Source: Verrucomicrobiota bacterium (GTDB taxonomy: Bacteria; Verrucomicrobiota; Verrucomicrobiia; Limisphaerales; UBA1096). Taken from it: a DNA stretch of 64,000 bases. The stretch is from the NCBI GenBank assembly GCA_036166355.1, contig JAYZHR010000137.1, forward strand, positions 47 through 64,046, given 5' to 3'. Shown here in pieces: positions 27,438 through 37,513 of this stretch (position 1 is the stretch's first letter; each line of letters begins with the position of its first letter). A model generated the notes under the pieces. The model ran no database searches. It had not been told where the DNA came from and saw nothing but the letters and a program-made list of their open reading frames with translations. The translations under genes and the position numbers were made by a program.

Positions 27438-28640
27438 ATGGGGGGCGTTATTCCCATGCACTCTTCTACTAAAACATCCTCATCTCCTATTCAAAGTTTG
27501 TACGTGCATGTTCCGTTTTGCGCTACAAAGTGCGAGTACTGTGCTTTTTATTCTGAAGCTTCCGATGGACAACAAATGTCTAGATATGTCGATGCTCTTA
27601 TTGAAGAGATGGAATTAGTTGCTGATTCTGTTGAGCCTCGAACTATTTTTTTTGGCGGTGGTACTCCTTCAATACTTAGTATTGAACATTGGCGACGCAT
27701 TTTAAATGCGATGGAGCGGCTAAATTTGTTAGGAGCAGAGGAGTGGACAGTTGAGTGTAACCCAGCCACGGTTTCTACAGAGAAGGCTAAGCTTTTTCGG
27801 AAGTTTGGTGTAAATCGCATCTCCATGGGTGTTCAGTCTCTTGATGAGGACTTGTTAGTGCGTTTAGGTAGAATTCATTCACGGGAGATGGTTATAAAAT
27901 CATTCAATAGATTAAGAGATGCAGGATTTGATAATATAAATCTTGATCTAATGTTTGCTATTCCTGGTCAAACAATGAAAACCTGGAAATCTACAGTGCA
28001 AGAAGCTATTGCTCTGGGAAGTGAACACCTATCGTGTTATGAGGTTATTTATGAAGAAGACACTCCACTCTTCGAGCAGTTACAGGCTGGAGAATTTGAT
28101 GTTGATGAAGCCTTGGCATGTGAGATGTATGATGAGCTGATTGAAAATGCGACATCGGCTGGATATGTACAGTATGAGGTAGCTAACTTTGCAAAACATG
28201 ATGATGATCCTTTCGTTGAGTTGCCTTCTCATGCTTGTCAGCATAATGTTAACTATTGGCGTGGAGGAGAGTGTCAAGCACTAGGGCCAAGTGCCAGTGG
28301 GTTTGTAGATGGACGCCGAATTAGTAATATTGCTAATACAGATCGATATTGCCAACAGCTTGAGATTGGACAACGTGCTCATGAGTCAATAGAGCAACTT
28401 TCACCTTTGGCCAGTGCCGGGGAGACTGCAGCATTTGGATTACGAATGAATTCTGGTTGGAACTTCGACTTATTTCTGGAAATTACGGGCTTCGACCTTC
28501 GTACTGAGTGGATGGCAGATATGCAACGTTCTATTGAAGCTAATTGGGGAGTTAAAACGGAAGAACGTTTTCATCTAACCCGAGAAGGCCTGCGTTTTGC
28601 TGATACAATAGCAGAGTGGTTTATTCGGCCGGGATTATAG
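27438..28640 (+). CDS. hemW: radical SAM heme chaperone HemW (oxygen-independent coproporphyrinogen oxidase-like)
   Basis: LYVHVPFCATKCEYCAF (CxxxCxxC radical SAM), FFGGGTPS, NRISMGVQS and a C-terminal HemN_C-like domain. Confidence 0.85.
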   Translation: MGGVIPMHSSTKTSSSPIQSLYVHVPFCATKCEYCAFYSEASDGQQMSRYVDALIEEMELVADSVEPRTIFFGGGTPSILSIEHWRRILNAMERLNLLGAEEWTVECNPATVSTEKAKLFRKFGVNRISMGVQSLDEDLLVRLGRIHSREMVIKSFNRLRDAGFDNINLDLMFAIPGQTMKTWKSTVQEAIALGSEHLSCYEVIYEEDTPLFEQLQAGEFDVDEALACEMYDELIENATSAGYVQYEVANFAKHDDDPFVELPSHACQHNVNYWRGGECQALGPSASGFVDGRRISNIANTDRYCQQLEIGQRAHESIEQLSPLASAGETAAFGLRMNSGWNFDLFLEITGFDLRTEWMADMQRSIEANWGVKTEERFHLTREGLRFADTIAEWFIRPGL

Positions 28641-30999
28641 TGGAAAGGGAATCATTGTGTTTAATGTTATGGTATTGCTCAATAGCTGGAGAGTTAAGCA
28701 TGGTTCGCTTTCCATCTGGCCAGTATACTTCAACTTCTTCAACAGATGTTATTTGTTTAAGCCCAAAATGTGCAATTGGTGCGTGTTGCGATCGATAGGA
28801 GTCCCCGTTGACAATAAATCGCCATTGATCCTTACCATTAGCTCGAAGTCTCACCTTTGTTCCGTTGAGTGATGGGCAAGTTGAACTTCTAGTTAAACGA
28901 AATCCTATCCATTTATTTTTTTCTGGCCAAAGATTTCGAGCTATCAATAGTCCTTGTGTTGCCGGTTCTGGCCAAACAGAGAAGTGCGTGAAAATCAGGT
29001 CAAGTCGTCCATCTCCATCGATGTCGCCACTAACTACATTTCTTGAGTCAATTTCATGTGATAAATTCATTAAAAAAGCCACATCATCTAGATCTTCATT
29101 TGATCGGTTTAGTAATAAACGATTTTTTTCATAACCTCCGTAGGAATAACCCGCTCCATACAATCGACTAGAGGTGCTTTGAAAATAAACCTCCATCGCT
29201 GGGTTGGGATTAGAGTTGGCATGGTAAATATCATGACACCAGAATTGGCGTTCATAGTCCTTAACTGATTGGCGACTTTTATGTCCGTTGGCAATAAAGA
29301 GGTCTGTATCTCCATCATTATCAGCGTCAAAGGATGTTGATCCCCAAGACCAACCGGTGTTGGCTGCCTTATCACCCATTGGGCGTTGTTCAAATTTATT
29401 GTTAATCCCAAAATAAAGTCGATTTCCAAAAGTTAAATCATCAAGCATATCATAGTAATGACGATGCGTTGGCGGTGTGAGTTTCATGGATCGTAATCTT
29501 TCTGCTGTCCATGAGTTCATTCCAATCATAATAAAATCCATCATTCCGTTTGCATCGTAGTCGCCGAAATTATGAGCCATGCCAAAGCCGTAATGATTAT
29601 CTATCAATTTAGTAGTGGCGTCAGAGAAACTTCCAGAGCCATCGTTAAGATAAAGGTCAGCACCTGAAAAATCACTTATTACTACAAGATCTAAATCAAG
29701 ATCATTATCAAGATCCACAAGTGATGCACTGTAGGAGCGTCGATGGCGTTTAGCTGAAAGGCCAGCGGCTTCTGTATGGTCAGTGAGGTTGCCGCTACCA
29801 TCATTCAATAGAAGATATCCAGGAAAGCCATCATTTGTATCGTAGATTGGCGCTGGCATTTGTCCCTTTACATATGGAAGTTTATACTGGGAAAACCAGA
29901 GATCGGCATCTCCATCATTATCGATGTCACCTGTGGTAATTACCATTGGATCCAGAACTTTTTTTGGAGCTGACCAGATCGATCTTGGTTCAGACGGGAA
30001 CGTTCCATCTGGTTTGCCTTCAATCAGATAAATTCCTTTATGGCCAATTGCTGCCACATCCACAACGCCATCTCCGGACAAATCTTCCAGAACAACATTA
30101 AATACCACTTCGTCAAATTTTGGACATAGTTTTTCTGTTTTAAATCGGCCATTTCCCATATTACGAAAAATCTGGTTCTTACAGCCAAGAATAATTTCAA
30201 CCATCCCGTCAGCATTAAAGTCAGTTAGTATTACTGGATCGATGAAAACATTACCATCGTTAGGCTTTATGTTCTGCCTGATTGCAGATTTGAATGTCGG
30301 TGCGCCGTCGCGTTCAATCCAATCTAAGCCGGTTAGGTTAATGTGATTAGGTTTAGCTAATGTCTCAGGTGTAATTTCAATCGGCTGCCATTGTACCTCG
30401 ATATCTCCCCGTAGTATTCCGCGTTTTTTTAAAGTAGCGTTAGTCAGGTGAAGTGATATCCAGAAAACCGAACGAGCTCCGCCTTCTGCTCTTGGGTAGA
30501 ATCGTCGATGACGCCACTCGCTTTGCTTAAGTTTCCAACCTTCGTTTTTCCAGAGGGTAAGAGCTTGTTCAAATTGTTTTTTCGACAATGTTGGTCCGTC
30601 TTGGCTCAAGCGGGTGTAGCGGATTCCAGATTCCCAATCCTCAATGGGTTGTGCTTTGCCAAGTTGCACTTGTTTCACAGGCATTGCCGTCAGTAATTCG
30701 AAAGGGTCAGCTCCGGCAAGAAGTCTGTCCCAAATCTGTATTACAGATTCTCCGTGATCACGCGCAGTTAATTCGTCTGCCCATACAGTTGCATCCCATT
30801 GGCGATGTTTTGCCTCAATGGCGGAAACCTGTTGCATTACTTGTTCTTCGACAAGTCCTCCTGCTGTTGCGGATTCTATGGAAGAACGATTCATTTCAGA
30901 TTGTTTGTTTGGTGCGAATTGAAACAATTGAAATAAAAATATACCCGCCAAGGCTAAGATAGCCACAAGCACTGCTACTCTTCCGGGGCGAAACTGCAC
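28621..30999 (-). CDS. CRTAC1-family protein (FG-GAP/VCBS repeats plus C-terminal ASPIC/UnbV domain), N-terminally membrane anchored
   Basis: TM anchor VAVLVAILALAGIFLF. Repeated DxDxDGxxD FG-GAP motifs are present (DFNADGMVE, DLSGDGVVD, DIDNDGDADL, DLDNDLDLDL, DYDANGMMD, DADNDGDTDL, DIDGDGRLDL). The C-terminal NKWIGFRL...GTKVRL...SYRSQ...HFGL...VEVYWPDG matches UnbV_ASPIC. Confidence 0.8.
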   Translation of the reverse strand: MQFRPGRVAVLVAILALAGIFLFQLFQFAPNKQSEMNRSSIESATAGGLVEEQVMQQVSAIEAKHRQWDATVWADELTARDHGESVIQIWDRLLAGADPFELLTAMPVKQVQLGKAQPIEDWESGIRYTRLSQDGPTLSKKQFEQALTLWKNEGWKLKQSEWRHRRFYPRAEGGARSVFWISLHLTNATLKKRGILRGDIEVQWQPIEITPETLAKPNHINLTGLDWIERDGAPTFKSAIRQNIKPNDGNVFIDPVILTDFNADGMVEIILGCKNQIFRNMGNGRFKTEKLCPKFDEVVFNVVLEDLSGDGVVDVAAIGHKGIYLIEGKPDGTFPSEPRSIWSAPKKVLDPMVITTGDIDNDGDADLWFSQYKLPYVKGQMPAPIYDTNDGFPGYLLLNDGSGNLTDHTEAAGLSAKRHRRSYSASLVDLDNDLDLDLVVISDFSGADLYLNDGSGSFSDATTKLIDNHYGFGMAHNFGDYDANGMMDFIMIGMNSWTAERLRSMKLTPPTHRHYYDMLDDLTFGNRLYFGINNKFEQRPMGDKAANTGWSWGSTSFDADNDGDTDLFIANGHKSRQSVKDYERQFWCHDIYHANSNPNPAMEVYFQSTSSRLYGAGYSYGGYEKNRLLLNRSNEDLDDVAFLMNLSHEIDSRNVVSGDIDGDGRLDLIFTHFSVWPEPATQGLLIARNLWPEKNKWIGFRLTRSSTCPSLNGTKVRLRANGKDQWRFIVNGDSYRSQHAPIAHFGLKQITSVEEVEVYWPDGKRTMLNSPAIEQYHNIKHNDSLSTIIPAE

Positions 31000-31091
31000 G
31001 TGGCGATTGTCCGCACATTTATTCCTTTTTCAATGGAAATAAAATAAGTTTAGGCTTTCGTTCCCTTGACACAGTCCTTTCCTCTGCGAAG

Positions 31092-32753
31092 ATGCCGCGC
31101 CTTTTAATGTCTGAGAGCAATAAAAATGGACGAATGGAGAAGATTGTGTCGCTTTGCAAACGGCGTGGTTTTGTATTCCAGTCATCAGAAATTTACGGAG
31201 GACTAAATGGTTTATGGGATTATGGTCCCCTTGGCATTGAGTTAAAACGTAATATTAAGAATGTTTGGTGGGCGGATATGGTAACTGCTCATAATGAGCG
31301 AATACAGCCGGAGGGTGCGCCGCGTTCTTTTCAAATGGCAGGTATAGAATCTTCAATTATTATGCACCCGCGTGTTTGGAAAACATCCGGGCACTATGAT
31401 TTGTTTCATGACATGATGGTTGACTGTCGTGAAAGTAAACGGCGTTATCGATATGATCATATCAAGGGAGCATGGATTGAGCACGCTGAACAAAAAGTTT
31501 TCATTTCTTGTATTACTGATGATGATGCAAGGGAAGAAATCGCCAAACGTGCACTTCAATTTTTTAAGCTGAAGGCTAAGTATGTTGATAAATTGAAGTG
31601 GGATAGTGAGGTTGTTGATCTTACTTCTGTGAAAGACAATGACCTAGTTCTTGCACCAGATGCAAAGGAGTTAGGTTCTTTAACTGAACCTCGTGAATTT
31701 AATCTGATGTTTGAAACGCATATTGGGGCCATGCAACATGAAGATAATAAAGCGTTTCTTAGACCTGAAACTGCGCAGGGGATGTTTGTGAATTTTCGTA
31801 ATGTAGTTGATAGTAGTCGTGTCAAGGTGCCTTTTGGAATAGCGCAACAGGGAAAGAGTTTTAGAAATGAAATTACACCACGAAACTTTACTTTCCGTAG
31901 CCGAGAGTTCGAGCAGATGGAAATGGAGTTTTTCTGTCACCCTGATGAGTCACGGGAGTGGTATCAATTTTGGCGTGATCGGCGATTTAAGTGGTATGTA
32001 GATTTAGGCATAAGTGAGGAAAGATTAATTCTCCGAGATCATGAAGATGCAGAACTGGCTCATTATTCGGTCGGAACGGCTGATATAGAGTACGCTTTTC
32101 CTTTTTGTGAGGAGGGTGAATATGGAGAACTTGAGGGTATTGCACATCGCGGGGATTTTGATTTGCGATCACACATGGAGGGCAAACTTGTTCGTGAAGG
32201 TGACGACCTGGTTGTTGAGAAAGATGATGATGGAAAACCAAAGTATCCAGGGAGTGGAAAGGATCTAACGTATCATGATGAGGAGTCTAAAGAGCGATTT
32301 GTACCTCATGTTATCGAGCCGGCTGCTGGGGCTGACCGAACAGTCCTTGCATTTATTTGTGATGCATTCGATGAGGAGGAAATTACCAATGAAAAAGGTA
32401 AAACCGAGACGAGAGTAGTGATGCGCTTTCATCCGCGTATAGCGCCAGTGAAAGTAGGCGTATTCCCGCTCCTAAAGAATAAGCCAGAGCTCGTAGCCAA
32501 AGCAATGGAAGTGCGTGCCATGCTACAGCCTTACATGTCGGTGTTTTATGATGAGACTGGTGCTATTGGGCGCCGATATCGTAGGCAAGATGAAGTTGGA
32601 ACGCCTTTTGGAGTAACCATAGATTTTGACACTATTGGCGAAAATGGTGATGAAAATAAAGATACAGTAACCCTTCGTGAACGAGATAGTATGGAGCAAC
32701 GGAGAGTTAATATCGACGAATTGCTTAGTATTTTACTGAACGAGATTATGTAG
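31092..32753 (+). CDS. glyQS: glycine--tRNA ligase (class II, homodimeric GlyQS type)
   Basis: MEKIVSLCKRRGFVFQSSEIYGGLNGLWDYGPLGIELKRNIKNVWW, FLRPETAQGMFVNF, FRNEITPRNFTFRSREFEQME and an anticodon-binding C-terminus. The true start may be ATG 31134. Confidence 0.9.
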   Translation: MPRLLMSESNKNGRMEKIVSLCKRRGFVFQSSEIYGGLNGLWDYGPLGIELKRNIKNVWWADMVTAHNERIQPEGAPRSFQMAGIESSIIMHPRVWKTSGHYDLFHDMMVDCRESKRRYRYDHIKGAWIEHAEQKVFISCITDDDAREEIAKRALQFFKLKAKYVDKLKWDSEVVDLTSVKDNDLVLAPDAKELGSLTEPREFNLMFETHIGAMQHEDNKAFLRPETAQGMFVNFRNVVDSSRVKVPFGIAQQGKSFRNEITPRNFTFRSREFEQMEMEFFCHPDESREWYQFWRDRRFKWYVDLGISEERLILRDHEDAELAHYSVGTADIEYAFPFCEEGEYGELEGIAHRGDFDLRSHMEGKLVREGDDLVVEKDDDGKPKYPGSGKDLTYHDEESKERFVPHVIEPAAGADRTVLAFICDAFDEEEITNEKGKTETRVVMRFHPRIAPVKVGVFPLLKNKPELVAKAMEVRAMLQPYMSVFYDETGAIGRRYRRQDEVGTPFGVTIDFDTIGENGDENKDTVTLRERDSMEQRRVNIDELLSILLNEIM

Positions 32754-32803
32754 TCTCGGTTATGAATTAAGGTTAGATAGTTGTTTTCAAACAGCTTGAT
32801 TGG

Positions 32804-32842
32804 CACGGCGAGAATCGTAGACTCTCGCCGTGATTTCTTTTT
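32804..32842 (+). terminator. rho-independent terminator of glyQS
   Basis: Perfect 10-bp stem CACGGCGAGA (32804-32813) / TCTCGCCGTG (32823-32832), a 9-nt loop, then ATTTCTTTTT. Confidence 0.65.
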
Positions 32843-35262
32843 GTCATAGTGGTCTGGCAATATCTTTTGCTGCTTGCCTTTTTTCTACTCCACTGTGTCA
32901 AGTGTTGGGGGATGAGGATCACTGGGCATTCAGGCCAGTAAAGAAACCTTTAATAATTGGAGATTTGCATCCGATTGATGCTCTCGTTGAAAAAAAACTT
33001 CATGCCAATGGATTAGAGCATTCTGAAAGGGCGGATCAATTGACTCTAGTGCGTCGTTTGTATCTTGTGATGCATGGTTTGCCGCCAACACCGGAGCAAG
33101 TTAAGGAATATATGATGGATTCAGCTCCCGATGCATTTTCTCGTTTGGTTGAAGAAGTCTTAGCCAGTGAACGTTATGGGGAACGTTGGGCTAGTCACTG
33201 GTTGGACTTAGTTCGCTTCGGTGAAACAACGGGTTTTGAAACCAATCGTGAGCGGCCAAATGCATGGCATTACAGAGACTGGGTGATTGATTCACTTAAC
33301 CGTGATAAGCCTTACGATCAGTTTATTCGAGAACAACTTGTAGGTGATGCCTTGGGTGAAGGGATTGGCACAGGCTTCTTGGTTGCTGGTCCTAATGATA
33401 TCGTTAAGGGACAGGATCCAAAGCTTGGTAAAATGCAACGAATGAATGAGCTTGACGATATGATCAATGCAACCGGCACCACGTTTCTTGGCCTTACGAC
33501 AGGTTGCGCTCGTTGTCACGATCACAAGTTCGATCCTATTTCGCAGAAGGATTATTATTCTATGCAGGCAATTTTCGCAGGCGTTACTCATGGAGATAGA
33601 ATTTTAGATTTAAGTGAATCAATTAAAGATGAAATTGAAGAAGCCAAAGAAGAGATCGCAAAGCTTAAAATTGACTTATCCAAGTTCATTCCAACATCTG
33701 ATAATGTACTTCGGGAACCGGTTAACTCTCGTCATAATGTCGAAGAATTTCCTGCCATTGAGGCGAAGATTATACGGTTTATCATTCAAGGAACTAATTC
33801 TTCCGAACCGTGCATTGATGAGTTGGAGATTTTTTCAGGTGATAAAAATATTGCATTGAGAACTACTGGCTCAATAGCGACATCATCAGGGGATTTCGTG
33901 CATCCTTTCCATAAACTAGAGCACATAAATGATGGTCTATATGGTAATTCTAAAAGTTGGATTTCTGCAGGCACAACTGGTTGGGTGCAGATAGAGCTTC
34001 CAGAAATAAAGCGAATTAATCGGATTGAATGGGCTAGGGATCGAGAAGGCCAATTTAATGATCGAATTGCAATAAATTATAGAATTGAGGTCGCATTAAG
34101 GCCAAACGAATGGGTTAAGATTGCCAGTTCTAAGGATCGTAAGCCTTTTTCAAACGGCAAGGATGTAAAGCCTGTATATGAATTTTCCGGTTTTCCTCAA
34201 GATGAGGCAGCTCAAGGAAGAAAAATGCTTATTAAGCTTAGGGAGAATGAGAAACGATTGGTTGATTTGCAAAGTCAGAATAAAGTTTATGCCGGGAATT
34301 TTATGGAGCCCGAACCAACTCATGTGCTTTATCGTGGTGATCCTGATGCAAAGCGTGAAGAGGTTTTTCCTGATGCTATTTCTGCATTTGTTTCTCTAAA
34401 CCTTAGTAGGGATGAACCAGAGCAGCGCCGTCGTCTAGCTTTGGCAAACTGGATAGCAAGTCCGGATAATCCCATGACTGCGCGTGTATTAGTAAACCGA
34501 CTTTGGCAGTTTCACTTTGGTAATGGAATAGTAGATACTCCAAGCGATTTCGGCTTAAATGGGGTGCCTCCTACACATCCATTACTGCTTGATTGGTTGG
34601 CGGTGGAATTAATGGAAAATGGTTGGTCTATCAAACATATTCATCGTCTGATTTTGAACTCCAACACCTGGCAACAAAGTAGTCGACCAAAAACCCGTGC
34701 AATGCGGATTGATGCGGATAGTCGATTACTTTGGCGGTATCCGACTCGGCGTATGGCTGCGGAAGCAATTCGTGACAGTGTTGTTATGGTTAGTGGTATG
34801 TTGAATTTAAAATCTGGTGGGCCCGGTTTTGATGGCTTTCAGGTGCAAATGGAAAATGTTCGTCATTTTTTTCCGAAGAAATCTTACGGAATCTCCGATT
34901 GGCGCCGTATGATTTACATGACGAAGGTGCGTCAGGAGCAGGAGAGTGTATTCGGTGTCTTTGACTGTCCAGATGCGAGTCAAAGTGTTCCTAAGCGTAG
35001 CCGTTCAACTACTCCTCTGCAGGCGCTGAACTTGCTGAACAGTAAATTCTTAATGCAGCAAGCTAGTCTTTTTTCCGATCGTCTCAGAAATAATGTGGGC
35101 TCTAATACAGTTGAACAGATAGACTCTGCTTTCGAATTATGTTTTAACCGACCTCCTACGTCTACGGAAAGAAAGGATGCTTTACTTTTTATTGAGTCCC
35201 AAGGTTTAACTCAATTTACTCGCGCTCTATTGAATACAAACGAGTTTGTTTTTGTGCCCTGA
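32830..35262 (+). CDS. DUF1549 (PSCyt2) / DUF1553 (PSD1) protein with central discoidin-like insert
   Basis: [25 protein letters not shown] (DUF1549), [18 protein letters not shown], central [21 protein letters not shown] and GWVQIELPE...INRIEW segments, and a C-terminal NRLWQFHFG...[10 protein letters not shown]...NTNEFVF (DUF1553). The only in-frame start is a GTG inside the glyQS terminator. Confidence 0.85.
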   Translation: MISFCHSGLAISFAACLFSTPLCQVLGDEDHWAFRPVKKPLIIGDLHPIDALVEKKLHANGLEHSERADQLTLVRRLYLVMHGLPPTPEQVKEYMMDSAPDAFSRLVEEVLASERYGERWASHWLDLVRFGETTGFETNRERPNAWHYRDWVIDSLNRDKPYDQFIREQLVGDALGEGIGTGFLVAGPNDIVKGQDPKLGKMQRMNELDDMINATGTTFLGLTTGCARCHDHKFDPISQKDYYSMQAIFAGVTHGDRILDLSESIKDEIEEAKEEIAKLKIDLSKFIPTSDNVLREPVNSRHNVEEFPAIEAKIIRFIIQGTNSSEPCIDELEIFSGDKNIALRTTGSIATSSGDFVHPFHKLEHINDGLYGNSKSWISAGTTGWVQIELPEIKRINRIEWARDREGQFNDRIAINYRIEVALRPNEWVKIASSKDRKPFSNGKDVKPVYEFSGFPQDEAAQGRKMLIKLRENEKRLVDLQSQNKVYAGNFMEPEPTHVLYRGDPDAKREEVFPDAISAFVSLNLSRDEPEQRRRLALANWIASPDNPMTARVLVNRLWQFHFGNGIVDTPSDFGLNGVPPTHPLLLDWLAVELMENGWSIKHIHRLILNSNTWQQSSRPKTRAMRIDADSRLLWRYPTRRMAAEAIRDSVVMVSGMLNLKSGGPGFDGFQVQMENVRHFFPKKSYGISDWRRMIYMTKVRQEQESVFGVFDCPDASQSVPKRSRSTTPLQALNLLNSKFLMQQASLFSDRLRNNVGSNTVEQIDSAFELCFNRPPTSTERKDALLFIESQGLTQFTRALLNTNEFVFVP

Positions 35263-35266
35263 TAAA

Positions 35267-36724
35267 ATGAATTCATTACTTAATCGCCGTCATTTTTTGA
35301 AGCATTCTGGGCAGGGGCTAGGGGGCATTGCATTGTCGAGTCTTTTGTCTCGTGATGGAATGCTCGCTGATGGGGCTCCTATACGACCAAATATTGAATC
35401 CACTAAACCTTTTGCAGCTAGAAATCCTCATTTCCAACCTGCAGCAAAAAATGTAGTTGTAATTTTTTGTTCTGGAGCTTGCAGTCATATCGACACTTTC
35501 GATTATAAACCGGATTTAATCAAACATCATGGCCAACCAATGCCTGGAGGGGAAAAACTCAAAACCTTTCAAGGAGAGCAGGGTAATCTTATCAGGAGTC
35601 CTTGGGATTTTAAGCCTCGTGGACAGACAGGTAAAATGGTTTCTGATTTGGTTCCGCAATTAGGCGAGTTGGCCGATGAAATATGTTTTATTCATTCGCT
35701 TACAGGTAAGACGAATACTCACGGACCAGGAGAAAATTTTATGTCTACTGGCTATACTCTGGATGGCTTCCCAAGTATGGGCGCTTGGGTTACTTGGGCA
35801 CTTGGGTCGGAAAACGAGGAGCTGCCTGCTTATGTTGCAATTCCTGACCCTCGCGGAACCCCACAGAGTAGTGTTAATAATTGGGGGCCAGGATTTCTGC
35901 CAGCAGCATTTCAGGGTACTGACTTTAATGCGACAAAACCCCTTCGTAATCTTGAGAGACCTCCAGGTGTGAGTGAGAAAGCAGATCTTGCTACTCGAAG
36001 GTTTATCCAAAGGCTCAATGAACAACATTTGGAAAAGTTTCCAGGAGATACAGAGTTGGCTGCTCGTATATCTAGTTACGAACTGGCTGCACGGATGCAG
36101 CTTAGTGTTCCTGAAGTTAGTGATCTTTCCACAGAAAATATGGCTACCTTGAAAATGTATGGCGCTGATGATAGTAGCAATCCTCTCAAGGCGAGTTTTG
36201 CAAAAAACTGTATTCTTGCTCGTCGTCTCATTGAAAAAGGGGTGCGTTTTGTTCAGCTTTTCAATGGGGCTTATCAAACAGGTGGAGAAGGAGTGAGCAA
36301 TTGGGATGGTCATAAAGTATTACAGGAACAATATTCTAAGCACGGCCCGGTGTTGGATCAGCCTGCAGCAGCACTCATTCGCGATTTGAAACAACGTGGT
36401 TTGCTTGATGATACTTTGGTTGTTTGGTGTACTGAGTTTGGACGTATGCCTACATTTCAGAAAGGTGCCAGCGGTCGAGATCACAACCCTGATGGCTTTA
36501 CTGCTTGGCTTGCAGGTGCAGGTGTAAAAAGAGGATACAGTTACGGCTCGACTGATAGATTCGGGTGGAAGGCGGAGCAGAATATCTCTTCAGTTTATGA
36601 CCTTCACGCAACTATACTCCATCTGCTTGGTTTAAATCATGAAAAACTTACTTTTTATCACAATGGGTTTGAACGCCGTTTAACCGACGTACATGGTAAT
36701 GTGATTTATGACGTGTTGAGCTGA
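35267..36724 (+). CDS. DUF1501 domain-containing protein (sulfatase-like fold, Tat signal)
   Basis: Twin-arginine signal [15 protein letters not shown], then [18 protein letters not shown] and RDHNP motifs of DUF1501. The ATG at 35267 lies 4 nt after the upstream stop; the track ORF start 35246 would overlap that gene. Confidence 0.9.
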   Translation: MNSLLNRRHFLKHSGQGLGGIALSSLLSRDGMLADGAPIRPNIESTKPFAARNPHFQPAAKNVVVIFCSGACSHIDTFDYKPDLIKHHGQPMPGGEKLKTFQGEQGNLIRSPWDFKPRGQTGKMVSDLVPQLGELADEICFIHSLTGKTNTHGPGENFMSTGYTLDGFPSMGAWVTWALGSENEELPAYVAIPDPRGTPQSSVNNWGPGFLPAAFQGTDFNATKPLRNLERPPGVSEKADLATRRFIQRLNEQHLEKFPGDTELAARISSYELAARMQLSVPEVSDLSTENMATLKMYGADDSSNPLKASFAKNCILARRLIEKGVRFVQLFNGAYQTGGEGVSNWDGHKVLQEQYSKHGPVLDQPAAALIRDLKQRGLLDDTLVVWCTEFGRMPTFQKGASGRDHNPDGFTAWLAGAGVKRGYSYGSTDRFGWKAEQNISSVYDLHATILHLLGLNHEKLTFYHNGFERRLTDVHGNVIYDVLS

Positions 36725-36745
36725 ATTAATTAAGTTTAGGCCAGT

Positions 36746-37513
36746 TTAACTACAACTTTTCTTGAGTAAGGCCCGCCCATATTCACGATTCATGCGGGCG
36801 ATAAAATCTAGTGAGATTTCTTTGGGGCAAACTGCTTCACATGAGCCAGTAACAGTGCAGTTTCCAAATCCTTCTTCATCCATCTGATGTACCATGGATA
36901 AAGCGCGCCGAGTACGCTCAGGTTGACCCTGGGGCACAAGGCTAAGGTGTGATACTTTTGCTGCAACGAATAGCATTGCACTTGCGTTTTTGCAGGCAGC
37001 CACGCAGGCGCCGCAACCAATACATTGTGCAGCATCCATTGCTAGGTCGGAGTCTTTTTTGGGGACTGGAGTTGCGTTGGCATCTGGTACACTGCCAGTT
37101 CGAACACTAATGAATCCACCAGCCTGTTGAATTCTATCAAATGAGGTCCGATCGACGACAAGGTCTCGATGCACTGGAAATGCAGTTGCACGCCATGGTT
37201 CGATAGTGATTGTATCACCATCATTAAAGTGCCTCATGTGTAACTGGCATGCAGTAGTCCCTTGCTGTCCTCCATGTGGAACGCCGTTAATCACCATCGA
37301 ACAAGTGCCGCAAATGCCCTCGCGGCAGTCGGAGTCAAACGCGATGGGGTCACTTCCATCTTTAATGATGGTTTCATTAACTACGTCAAGCATCTCCAAA
37401 AAGGACATATCTGGACTTATATCAATGGCTTCGTATTGCTCAAAACGACCAGCTTCTTCCGCATTATCCTGACGCCAAACTTTAAGGGTTAAATTCATTT
37501 TTATACTGCTCAC
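36746..37513 (-). CDS. sdhB: succinate dehydrogenase/fumarate reductase iron-sulfur subunit
   Basis: [16 protein letters not shown] (2Fe-2S), [11 protein letters not shown] (4Fe-4S) and [13 protein letters not shown] (3Fe-4S) clusters. ATGA overlap with sdhA. Confidence 0.9.
   Translation of the reverse strand: MSSIKMNLTLKVWRQDNAEEAGRFEQYEAIDISPDMSFLEMLDVVNETIIKDGSDPIAFDSDCREGICGTCSMVINGVPHGGQQGTTACQLHMRHFNDGDTITIEPWRATAFPVHRDLVVDRTSFDRIQQAGGFISVRTGSVPDANATPVPKKDSDLAMDAAQCIGCGACVAACKNASAMLFVAAKVSHLSLVPQGQPERTRRALSMVHQMDEEGFGNCTVTGSCEAVCPKEISLDFIARMNREYGRALLKKSCS

Noticed and set aside
28621-28640. Convergent gene-end overlaps: hemW with the CRTAC1-like gene (20 nt), and the NamZ-fusion gene with mazG (10 nt, at 42766-42775)
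   Set aside because: Small 3'-3' overlaps are common in compact genomes. No hairpin or other signal was seen that would suggest regulatory significance.
35660-36313. Long antisense ORFs in the six-frame track: 217 aa at 35660..36313, 159 aa at 61147..61626, 131 aa at 22518..22913, 125 aa at 17122..17499 and 145 aa at 56501..56938
   Set aside because: Each lies fully inside, and opposite to, a gene with strong family motifs (DUF1501, trpD, the CxxCH proteins, leuA). Their translations are low-complexity, Ser/Arg/Cys-rich and show no recognisable motifs. They are typical shadow ORFs.
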